Assembly (NCBI GenBank): GCA_043228905.1
Contig: JBHGNT010000007.1
Coordinates: forward strand, 15,996,001 to 16,060,000
Source of the DNA: Azolla caroliniana
Taxonomy: Eukaryota > Plantae > Polypodiophyta
Direction of reading: 5' to 3'
DNA length: 64,000 bases
This document shows positions 53,532 through 64,000 of this stretch, piece by piece. Both the position numbers and the translations under genes were made by a program. The notes under the pieces were generated by a model that was not told where the DNA came from, made no database searches, and was given only the letters and a program-made list of their open reading frames with translations. Position 1 is the first letter of the stretch; every line of letters starts with the position of its first letter.

Positions 53532-56500
53532 CTAGATTTGAGCCTCCAGCCGATCGTCATCCAGTTGAGCTACGAGCTGCCGGACCTGCACCAATTGTTC
53601 ACACGCCAGGGCTATGAAATCTTCAGCCAGCTCATCCCTTATAGCGGTGAAGTCCTCCGATGTCAGCGTATAACAGTCGTCACCCTCCTTCCGCCGGTTT
53701 TCCACGTCTGCCCTGAGCAATTGGAGTTCCGCCGTATTCTGCGCCCATTTCGTCCACCATCGCATAGAGCTCTCATCAATCAAGCTTTTGGTCTTGGTGA
53801 GCCATGACCAGAGGATGCACTGGATCCGTTCGGTTCCCATCCATGATTTGTTCTCTGCGGCTTGTTACTCCTCTTTCAATTGCTTGATGATTCGGACCGT
53901 GTCCGCCTCCTGCTCCCTATAATGCGACAATTGACTTTGATAGGTTGTTTGCAACCATTGTAACACCATCCGTTCCTGCTGTTGCTTATACTCCGTCTCA
54001 AGCTGCTTGTAATCCCGGTGCAGATGATCAAAATCATCGGTCTTCTGCTTCAGCCTCTGGTTGATCTGCCGGCGCGCGCTGTCCTACCAGTCCTTCTGTT
54101 GACGGAGTTCTTCCTTCAGCCTTTCAATTTCTGTCTCTGCCATCCATCGTAGCTTGTCTTTTTCCTGCAGCAATTTCTCTATTTCCTCCTTTAGCCAGTC
54201 GTACGCGTGATGTCCTTTACGCAGGTTTTCCTCTGCCCGGCGGAGGTTCTTAGTAGTCTTCTTTAATTCTTCTTCGACCACCTTCTTCAAGTCGCGTTTG
54301 TGGCTCCGTAATTCCTCTTGTGCGGCAAGTTCGTCACGTAATTCCGCAAGCTCTTGGGCTTGCGTTGCATCTTTCTCCGAGACAGTTTCTGTCTCCGGGG
54401 TCTTATTCATATGTACATCAACAGGAGTCACTGGTGCTTGGATTTGCGTTGCGGTTAAGGTCATTTTGGCCATGTCTCCTGTGATCCGATCCAAGTCTTG
54501 TTTGAGGCACCGGATCCTTGACTGGGTCGTCTCCAGTTCATCGGTTGTGACGAGCAACCGTTCTGTTTGCGCTCTTTCTGTTAAGAAACAAGTCCCTTCG
54601 GATAGGAAGTGAGAAGAACAATACTGTTAGGAAACCGGATGTGGAGTACCCGGCATGAGCCGGATGGTGAAGACCCAGTGAGAACCGAATGAGGAGTACC
54701 CGGCTACGGAGAGCCGGATGAGAAGTACCCGGAAACGGAAGACCTGGTGAGAACCGGATGACAAGTACCCGACAAGCGCCGGATGAGGCAGACCCGGTGA
54801 GAACCGGATGAGGAGTACCCGAGGAGCGTCGGATGAGGCAGGCCCGGTGAGGAGTGCTCACCGAATGAAGAGACATATTCGTAAATATGTTTCTGAGAGC
54901 CCATCGTGGCTATATTTGTAAATAGTCGATTAGTATAAATATGACTTAGGGCAAACTTTTTTGTGTGTTGTTAATTCTGGTTTGCGCAAGATCAGAGCGC
55001 GCAACTGTGTACAGAGGGAGAGAGAGAGGAAGAGGTTGTTGCCTCTGTTGTAACCGCCGCCTGTCGCGAAGATAGAAAGCTCAAGGTTGCTGCTTCGGTG
55101 TTGTACTGTTGTACACTGTAACATAGTGATAGTTTGCAGCATGTGGGCTGTCGTGGTTTTTCCCTAGTTTGGGTTTTCCACGTAAACATCCTGTGTACTC
55201 TTCTCTTCACTGTGTCGTGCATTCATTCCCGGTTTTTTTTTTCTTCTGTGTATGATTCTAAGCTCGGTGGTGGCCGAGCATTGCGCATAGGGAGCGTGTA
55301 GTTCCTGTCACCTTCTTCCGCCTCTATGAATCCGACTACTCCGGTCATTTGTTCTCCTATCCACTGGAGCCATTGGCTGCCAGTGCACTATTGTTGCCTC
55401 TGCACGGCGGGTTGGCTGATGGGTTCACTTGCCGGTGGCTGGTCCCGCCTTACTGCGTCGAGCTGCACTTCTGGTTCTGCCTGCTGACCACTTTCCCGTT
55501 CCGGCTTTGGGTGTGTTTCGGCTAGCCGCCCCTTGTTTGCTTGTTCTTAGCCAGCTGAGGAGGTTCGCCTTTGTATAACTGGCTCTTGAGTTACAGGGCT
55601 TGCCGGTGTTGCCTGTTGTGTAGGGACTTCTGTGACCGGCTCCATCCGAACCGGTTCCGGTGCCTCCCTTGGCGTGGGATGCTCAGTGTGAGTTGCGGGC
55701 ATTCCATCCTTCTGTGGGTCTGAATGCTTCCTGGCTGATTCAGCGGTGCTCTTCACCGGCTGCCGCTGGAGGTGCTCTGTGTGTTCTTCCTCCATTTCCT
55801 CTGCTTGAGTCCCGACATTCATTCTTGCCGTCAGGGTGTCCGTTTCTTGCTGCATCGGTCGGTGGAGTGGGCTCTTCAGGGGCCGTGCCGATGTCTCCTC
55901 GTGTGTGTCCGTCGGCCGCTTCCGGCTGGCGTGCTCCTTTGCCGCCTTCTCTGCGTCGGTCATCTTCCCCTTAGTGGCCTTGGATGCCAACAACTGTTGC
56001 CGTTTCGAAGCAGGTTTCAGGGTGCCATCCATTGCTCTCCCCCGCTTCTTGGTCTGGACGGGCTCGACAGGTGGCACCAATAGGGTGAGCCATTGCGTCA
56101 CCGCATGCCAAATTTTCCGGCCTTCCTTGCCGTCCTTTCCTCTTACGATATCAATAGTTGTACACAACCCGTCGGTGATCAGCACCGGCCATTCCACCTT
56201 GACCCCTTCGTACGTCGCGATAATCAAGCCTGCTCGGTTCTGAGGCATAACGGGGGGTCGAGGGTATACGTGGCCGAACTCATGGAGTACACGGGCAATT
56301 TCGCGGAATAACATGTCTTCGCCACCTTGTGTCCTGTAGCCTTTGCTGGCGACAGAATACTCACTGAAATATTTGATGAGCTGCTCGGAGGTAGGATTGT
56401 GGATTGTGTAGATGCCCCCCTCCAGAAGGCCTATTAATGCACGGATCGCCTCCTCCGTGATCACCTCTGTGTCGATTTCTTTGATAATCTTTTCGGCCTC

Positions 56501-56710
56501 CTTATGTGGTGCCGTCTCCATGATCGTCAGGAAACCCTCTAGCCTGTGTTGCCGTAGCCATTTCTTAGCAGCTTCAAACAGTGTTTGGCAGTCCATCTCT
56601 GCGTCGAGGTTGGAGAGCGTTGGCGAGGTTTGATGGTGGGGAGAGTGTGAGAGAGAATGTTCTGAGTGAGGGGGTTCTCTGTGCACGAGCTCTCTTCGAT
56701 TGATCTTCAC
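53532..56710 (-). pseudogene. Extra 3' ORF region of the Athila-like element (387-aa ORF plus coiled-coil fragments), function unknown
   Basis: ORFs 55547-56710, 54084-54557 and 53532-53840 lie in sense orientation downstream of the integrase; E/K/R-rich heptad-like sequence. Confidence 0.65.
54579..55260 (+). mobile_element. Tork-like copia solo LTR (3' end eroded) with internal ccggatgag short tandem repeats
   Basis: Starts tgttaagaaacaagtccc; shares tgtaaatag, tataaata..tagggcaaa and gggttttccacgtaaa motifs with LTR 1589-2246. Confidence 0.72.
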
Positions 56711-57139
56711 TCGTCTGTTCTCCTAGGTTCGTGAAAGGAGAAGGTCTCGATGCGTGGGGGTTTTTCTCTCTGCATCTTGGCGCTTTTTTCGAGGCTCCGC
56801 ATGTGTAGGTCGTGTACTATAATAGTATTGTGTGCCATGTGGCGGTGGTTTAATGTCCCATCCATAGCCTCCTCGTACCTTTTCGACGTGCCTCTTTACT
56901 CCTCGTTTGCATGGCCGTTTCCACCACTCCTTTCCATGATTTCTTTGATTTGTTTTTTCTTTTCTTTTCTTTTCATTTTTTTTCTTTGAAACGCGCACCT
57001 TGCCAGCCTCTTGACGGTTTGTCGTCGTTTTGCTTTCCCCGGTTCCCGACTCGTGCTCCTCCTTACTGGCTTGGTGGTAGCCATTTTCCTCACGGGTTGC
57101 CGTCGTGGTTGGCCTGTCAGCATCTGATTCGGTGGCGGC

Positions 57140-60100
57140 CCTTCGTTCAAATGGGTTCTTGGGCATAGGTCCTTTGTATGGCTTTAGTCTAAATCTGTTG
57201 AACCATTTACCCAACACCTCGCCGGCAAGTGTCCCTAACTGGTAAGACCCATTGAACCCGCATGTGATCCAGTAGGGTCTGGTCCATCTAAACCGTAGTT
57301 TTCCTGGCATTTTACCCATCCGGGTCTGGAACACGAGTACCAGCTGGCCGATTTCGAACATCTTTTCGTTTCCCTTCCGGTGCTGATCTACAAACGCTTT
57401 CCGTCATCGTTGTTCCAATTCCAGGTGCATGATGCTCGCCTGTCGGTGTTCTTCTAGTTCACACAGAGCCTTTAACCGAATTGCCTCTGATTCCTTTTCA
57501 TTAAGTCGTTCCCGAATCTGGATCCGTAAGCTCGGTACCTAGAACTCGACCGGCATGACTGCCTCTAATCCAAATGCTAACTGGAACGACGTTGTTCGGA
57601 TGCTTGTTTTGTACGTTGTCTGGTAAGCCCAGAGCACATTGTGTAGCTTCGCGTCCCAATCCGTCTGATTTTCATTGACGATCTTGCGCAGGATGTTCTG
57701 TAGCGTTTTGTTTGTTGACTCAGCTAATCCGTTGGCTTGTGGGTAGTACGGGGTGCTCCGTTTATGTACTACCGCAGAGAATGACGTCAAGTTCTCCACT
57801 ACTTGTCCAAGAAAGTGCCCTCCGTACCGACACCAAATGTATTCATATAAGAATTTTGCCGTCGACGCCGCGGTGTTGTCTCGTAGGGCTTTGGCTTCCA
57901 CCCATTTAGTGCATTAGTCCATCGTGACGATCACATACTGGTTGCTAGTTCTCATTGCCGGTGGTTTAAATGGTCCGACAAAATCCAGTCCCCATTTCTG
58001 AAATGGTTCTAGTGGTAGTACTAGCTGGTCGGCATCCTAGCTTGTTCCGTTGGTTGGCCCATTCGCTAGCATAGATCACACTCTTTCACATACTGGACTG
58101 CGTCTTTCAATGTAGTCGGCCACCATAGGCCACTTTGCCATATCTTCCTTGCCGTAGCATCCCCGGCATAATGGCCTCCGGCGACTCCGTAGTGTGCTTC
58201 CCGTAGTATTACCTCTTTCTCGTCGGTGCGCACCGCTCGTCGCCATATACCGTCCGCACCTTTGTGGTATAGCGTGTCCTGTAATAAACAGAAGTGTCGG
58301 CTTTGTACCGCCAGGCGTTTCCTCTCGTCCCGGTTCATCTCCTCCGGAGGCAATCCGGTGCTCAGAAATTGGTGCATATTTGTTAGCCACTTATCTTCTG
58401 GTGCCAGCGTTTCATCTGTTGCCGTTTCTGCGGTGACTCGAAATAGCTCAGCATCCGGAAACTCGTCTGGTACTCCGTCGCGGTTTCGTCGAAATCTAAC
58501 CGGCTTAAATAATCAGCTACCGCATGTTGTATGCCGGGTCCGTGGAATATCCCGAATTCGAATTCCTGGAATAGCAAAGTCCACCAGGACAACTTACCGG
58601 TAAGTGACGCTTTGGACACTAGGTAGAGGAGTGTCCAGTGATCTACATGGAAGGAAAACTTTCTTCCCAATAAATAGTGCTTGAATTTTGTTACGTTGTA
58701 GATCATGCCTAAAGCTTCCCTTTCCGTGGTGGAGTAATTTCGTTCGCCTTGGGATAACTTCCGGCTTGCGTAATATACAGGCCGGTACCATCTTGGCTCC
58801 GTAAGTTGCATCAGCGCACTCCCGATTGCAATGTCGGACGCATCTATGAACACATGAAATTCCTTCGCCCAATCCGGGGGTTGCACTACTGGCGCTTGCA
58901 ACAATAGAACTTTGAGTGCCCGGTACGCCTTGTCTTCAGTGTCGGTCCACTGGAACGATGTTCGGTGTACCGCAACATGCAGTGGTGTAGCTAGGTCCGC
59001 CAAATACCGGAGCATTCGGCTATGCCAACGGATTTGGCCTAAGAAATGGCTCAATGCCTTTGCCATTTTTGGTGCTGGTGCCTCCCGGATTGCTTTTACT
59101 TTGTCCGGATCCACGACGATGCGTTCCTTGCTCATAATGTGCCCTAGTAGCGTTCCGCTGGACACGCCGAATACACACTTCGCCGGATTCAGGCTTAGCC
59201 GGTAAGCCTTACACTTTTCTAGACACAGTTGGAGGTGCTGAAGGTGGTCTCCTTCCCGGCTGTAAACGGCGAAGTCGTCGAGGACCACCTACATGAACGC
59301 CGGTATGAATTCTCCGAATATTTCCATGATGATCCTCTGGAACGTTGTCAGCGCCGTTTTTAGTCCGAACATCATAACGACGGCAACAACCACTCCCCAT
59401 TCTATGACAAAAGCGGTTTTCTCTTGGTCATCGGGGTGCATCCGGATCTGGTTGTATCCGCTGAATCCATCGAAAAAACTATATACCTCATGGCCGGCGA
59501 CTGCGTCCAAAACTCCATCCGTAAATGGAAGTGGAAATGCATCAGTTACCGTCGCCGCATTAAGCTTCCGGTAGTCGACGCATACTCTAATTTTGTCGTT
59601 TTTCTTTGGTATGACTACTATCGGCCTCAGCCATGTAGATTTCTTTACAAGACGGATAAAGCCAACCCTCAGTAACTTGTCGATTTCCTCCTTGACTTTG
59701 GCGGCGTAGTTCGGATTCATCCGGTACCATCGTTGTGCTACCGGTTTGGCGTCTTTGCTCAAATGTATCTGATGCTGATATAGCTGAGGATCGAGCCCTC
59801 TCATATCCTTGTAGGACCAGGCAAACACGTCCCGAAACTCTTTGAGAAGTGTAATCATCGTCGTTTTGTTCTCTGTAGTCATTTCCTTGGCTATATGCAC
59901 CGGTCTCGCCTCTTCCGTAGTTCCTAGATTTACCTCCTCTAGTTGGGATGCTTTAACCCGTTGTGATACAAACATTTCTCTTTCTAGCGCTTCTTGTGCT
60001 TGCCGTAGCTCCCGGATCACTTCTTTATTTGGTTCTTCGTCTACTCCGTCCGGTGGCAGTATGTGTGGTGATACGGCTTCAGCTACGTCGATTTCGAACA

Positions 60101-62632
60101 GAGGTACTATCTTCGGATTATCTTGCAAGTATTGATCCACCTCTTTGTTTGCTAATCCGTCCAGCATATTGACACATTCGGCATATAGGGGTGTTAAGTC
60201 CTTCCTGGTACCCGTCTGTGGTTGTGTCGGTACCCGTACTTTTGCTTTTCCCCGCTGGAAGGTGATGATATTCTTTCTCCAGTTTTGTTTAATGTGCGTC
60301 GTTTTTAGCCACGACCGCCCCAACAATAGTGGGTAAGCTCCTTGTGCCAGTAATTGTAGTACTACTGCCGAGATGCGAAATGTGTGGCCACCGATTGTTA
60401 CTTCCAGATCTTGTATCAAGCCGGTCGGTCGCACTGAGCTTGTATCCGCCATCCGTAGCCAGAACGGGCATGGTTCCCACTCTTTGATTCCCAAGGTTGT
60501 GTATGTTCGGAGGCTAATCACATTGACGTCGGATCCTCCATCTATTATTGTTCTGGGTAACTCCTTTCCTTTCACGATGGTCGTGATCGCCGGACTGTTC
60601 GTGTCTACCACTGTTGGTCCCTCCTCCGGATTTGAGAAGAATGTTGGTGCTAGTGGTGTTTCTCCTGCCGGCATGCCTGTCTTGAGTCCTTCTGTGAATC
60701 TGGGCACTAGTTGCAGGAGCCGTCCTAATGGCAGCGTGATTTGGCACTCTTGCAATGCTTGCATGTCGCATTTTCGGTTTGACTGCCGCCGGCGAGCTCT
60801 TCGGTGTTCTCCTTTTGCTGCGCAAGTTCTGCTACGTTTCGCTCATTTACCTTTTTCACCCATTCCGTTGCCTGCTTCCGAATGGCCTCTTGTGTCTCCC
60901 GTTCCGTCGTCTTGCCCTTCGACCTTGTGGTAACCTGTTGTAGGTCTGCGACTTCGGCAACTACCATGTTTACTGTCGGGCGCTTGTCATAGCTCTTTGT
61001 CGGACATTGATTACTATAATGTCGTTCTTGCCAGCAATAATAGCAATATGCTTTCCGGGTATTGCTGGATTCAGCATTGTTTCCTGTACCCGGTGGAGGA
61101 CCTGTGGTAACCGCGGGCCTTTGGTCCGATTGGCTGCTTGAGGCGCCTTTTTCCGGTTCACATGGGTGGCTCCCTTTTTTGAAATGTCGTTTTTTATTAA
61201 AGTTCTTTTTGTTGCGGTACCCTTGACGGTGTTGGTCGTCATATCTCCCGTAATCTTCCCGTCGTTGGTGATACCCGAGGGAGTGATCCCGGTTGTGATT
61301 CTCGTACCATCCATTGTAATCTTGGTACCTGTCATATCTCTTGTACCGGTCATAGTTGTCTCGCCGATCGTCGTACCGGACATCCTGTGCCGGTCGATAT
61401 CGTTCCTCCCACCGCCAACATTCGTCTTCTTCATCTCGGCTGCTACGTGGCTCGATTTGCCGGACTGGTGGTGCTTGCCAATTCAATAAGTTATATTCGC
61501 ACCGGTCCATCCTGTGGCTCATACATTGGTAGAGTAAGTAGTGCGTCTGCATGGTGCACTCCAGTGGCAAGTGTCCGGAATTCAAGCAGGTCGTGCATTG
61601 GATTGCTTGTCGGAACCGGAGATCCTCATCGGTTGGTAACGCTCGTTGGAGGGCTCCCATTGTTAGCCAAGAGCTCATTTTCTCCATTTCTCTAGCCCGG
61701 TCGATGACCTGGTCGACGGTGCTGGTGCAAAAGTCGATGACCGTGCATACCGTTCGTAGAGGTTCCTGGAGCACGGCTAAGAATATAGCTCGTGTTTCTT
61801 CTTCTGGAGGTGCGCGGGTAAGCTGACTGTGCGTCCGTTGAAACCGGATGACAAACTGCGGAATGCTCTCCCCGAGGTCCTACCAGATGGTATAAAATAA
61901 GCCCACCATTTCTCTCTGATCCACCTCCTTCTGAAAGAAGTGCAAGAATTTATCTTTCAGGTCCGCAAAGGTGGTGATGGTGCTGGGGTCCTGCGTCTGG
62001 TGCCATCTGGCGGCCGGTCCTTCCAATGTCACGCCGAATTCGGCTATCTTAGATCGTTCCTCTTCGGCCGCGGTTAACCGTTGTGACACATGGTTCGCCT
62101 CCCATGTCTGTTGAAACACGTGAACATGAGCCTCTGCATCCGGATCATCCCTATACTTTGAGTACTGGAACGGCATGTCGTCGTCCGGTGTCGGTATGCG
62201 GGCTGGCGGTGTCGGTGGTCTTTCCTGCTGTTCCGTCGGTGTCGGAGGTCCTTGCTTGTCTTCCTTTGGTGTTGCCGGCTCGACTTCCGGTATTGGAGGT
62301 CTTTCTTTGTCTTCTTCCATCTCCAGAGGTTGCTCCACGTCTAGTGCCGGGGATTCCCAGTCTGACAACTCTGGTTCCGGTGTCGGTAATGTATCCGACT
62401 CCTCATCCTCCGGTCCTACTGGGCTGTCGTTACTGCTGCGATAGTTCGTGTGCGCGTTGTAACCCCCTTCCGAATCCGATTCCAGCACTGAAAATGCTTC
62501 GGATTCGCCATCTCTTCCGGCCAAGACCTGGAGAAGGGATTCCGCTTCCCGGAGGCTGCTTAAGCTGCTTCCTTCATTCGGGTAGTCGTTTTGTTGCAGA
62601 CGGAGTGACTCCTCGGCCACTTTCTGGATCAC
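57140..62632 (-). pseudogene. Gypsy gag-pol (gag, PR, RT, RH, INT) with several stops and frameshifts
   Basis: ORFs 61880-62632, 60725-61774, 59289-60764, 58383-59288, 58066-58377, 57539-57901 and 56723-57361. Confidence 0.93.
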
Positions 62633-62793
62633 TTTGGAAAATGATCGATCTGATCGGATTTCTTCCGCTGCTTGCTAGAAAGCCTCTCGCCGCCTTCGCC
62701 GTTCAACAAGTCTTCGTGCTCTCTCCATAACCGGGTCGTCTGTTGGCCTAGTCATCCATTCCCGCCGCTGTTCACTACGCTTGTGCAGGAATC

Positions 62794-62803
62794 GTGGTCG
62801 CCA
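62794..62803 (-). promoter_or_regulatory. Primer-binding site (tRNA-Arg type) downstream of the 5' LTR
   Basis: Minus strand reads LTR-cagtttt-TGGCGACCAC; T-rich spacer as in Athila-type PBSs. Confidence 0.7.
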
Positions 62804-64000
62804 AAAACTGTGTTAATCCTAGGGGCCGGACAACAGCCTAACACAGGGTGTCCACATAAGACACTTCACCAAAGGGTGTTACAACAGGATGACTTACGAC
62901 ACAACGTTTAATTAGACCTTAATCGATTACGTAGCAACACATCATTAACACACGTAAGATATAACAATGAGTACAGAACGGTAATCAATACTGAAAGATT
63001 AAGGCAATAAGTTCTATTAAATATCCGTTGTCGATTACATTGTAACCGGGCCTTTATATAGGTCTACGTTGTGAAGTACAAAACGGTGCCAACTGGCACC
63101 TTTTTGGGATCGGTCTGGATCCGGATCGGCATACCGATTCTGGTCCGTCTGTCCACATCTTCTCATATATTAATATATATTAAGACTACTAATGACAACA
63201 GTTCCCGAATAGACTATTCCTTTCACACTCTGGTTTGGACCCGGCCGGGTAACACGTATCCGAGGAATATGCATGGCTGGGTCTTTGGATCCAACTTTCC
63301 TCTCCGGTCCTTAGCAACATGCACGTACGCGAGACACCCGAACACCTTCAGATGCCGGTAGGACACTTCCTTACCGGTCCACACCTTCTGCGGTGTGTCT
63401 CCATCCAAGGGCACTGAGGGTGATCTGTTTATCACATACGTCACTGTCGACAGAGACTCCGCCCAAAACTTCTTGAGTAATTTTGCATGCGCCAGCATAC
63501 TCCGCACCCTTTCCATTATGGTCCGGTTCATCCTCTCGGCCAACCCGTTTAGTTCCGGCGTCTTCGGCATGGTAAATTCGAGTCGGATTCCCTTCAAGTG
63601 ACAGTACTCCTCGAACTGCCCCCGGTATTCACCTCCTTTATCTGCTCGAACCGCCTTCAGCTTCCGGCCGGTTTCTCTTTCCACTCTCACATGGAGCTCT
63701 TTGAAAATAGATTGCACCTGATCCTTCGTCTTCAACGGTGTGGCCCACAGCTTCCGGTTGTGGTCATTTATGAACGTCACGAAGTACTACGATCCGGCAT
63801 GTGACTTCGTGTCCACTTGACATACATCAGTATGCACCAACTCCAGTGGTGCATTACATCTCATTGGTGGCCTCGATCGGAAGGAGGTCCGGTTTTGTTT
63901 ACCGGCCGGACAATCAGTGCACTTCTCCAAGTGCACGTTCTTCACTAGAATGAGGTTGTCATCTGCAAGCCTCTTCATCCCCTTCTCGCTCATGTGACAC

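Larger units (their letters stand above)
52686..63254 (-). mobile_element. Near full-length Athila-like (non-chromovirus) Ty3/gypsy element, 10.6 kb, with extra 3' ORFs
   Basis: LTRs 52686-53147 and 62811-63254; TSD tgtat/cgtat; gag, PR (IIDGGSDVN), RT (VDYRKLN..DGFSGYNQI..LDD), RH (DASD..EREAL) and INT (YYPQANGLAE) on minus; LTR TATA on minus. Confidence 0.95.
52156..64000 (-). mobile_element. Tork-like copia internal region (INT 63260-64000; INT end to RT start 52156-52685), split by the Athila-like gypsy
   Basis: LELVHTDVC; VRADKGGEY; PELNGLAER; CIFLGY|DDDECGYR rejoined across the TSD; KWLSAMQDEMDSL. Confidence 0.9.

Noticed and set aside
59293-62911. Long plus-strand ORFs opposite gypsy pol (also 21574-25652 and 32085-33772 opposite copia)
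   Set aside because: Antisense shadows of retroelement coding sequence with no recognisable motifs.

Overview
Eukaryotic, gene-poor, heterochromatin-like plant DNA. The element repertoire suggests a moss such as Physcomitrium; this is an inference. The window is almost entirely nested transposable elements: at least five Ty1/copia elements, three self-priming-type chromoviruses, a tRNA-Trp-primed Ty3/gypsy family with TGTC..ACGACA ends and several solo LTRs, one near full-length Athila-like Ty3/gypsy with extra 3' ORFs, L1 and RTE-like LINE fragments, a pogo/Tc1-type non-autonomous element carrying a palindromic 48-bp array, a hAT MITE, and a ~1.36-kb tandem array. The only host-gene trace is a two-exon lipid phosphate phosphatase (PAP2) fragment. 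No intact host gene, rRNA or CRISPR array was found. The most interesting signals are: (1) the Athila-like element has no polypurine tract but has an oppositely oriented tRNA primer-binding site at each internal end, suggesting tRNA priming of both strands; (2) four independent gypsy LTR insertions all have 4-bp, CpG-centred target duplications (ACGT/ACGG); (3) three chromoviruses have co-varying PBS/transcript-start complementarity, one with an inversion at that pairing; (4) antisense tRNA-like A/B-box modules recur in the U3 of six different gypsy LTRs. All calls were made by eye; tRNA and clade identities are from recollection and need database confirmation.
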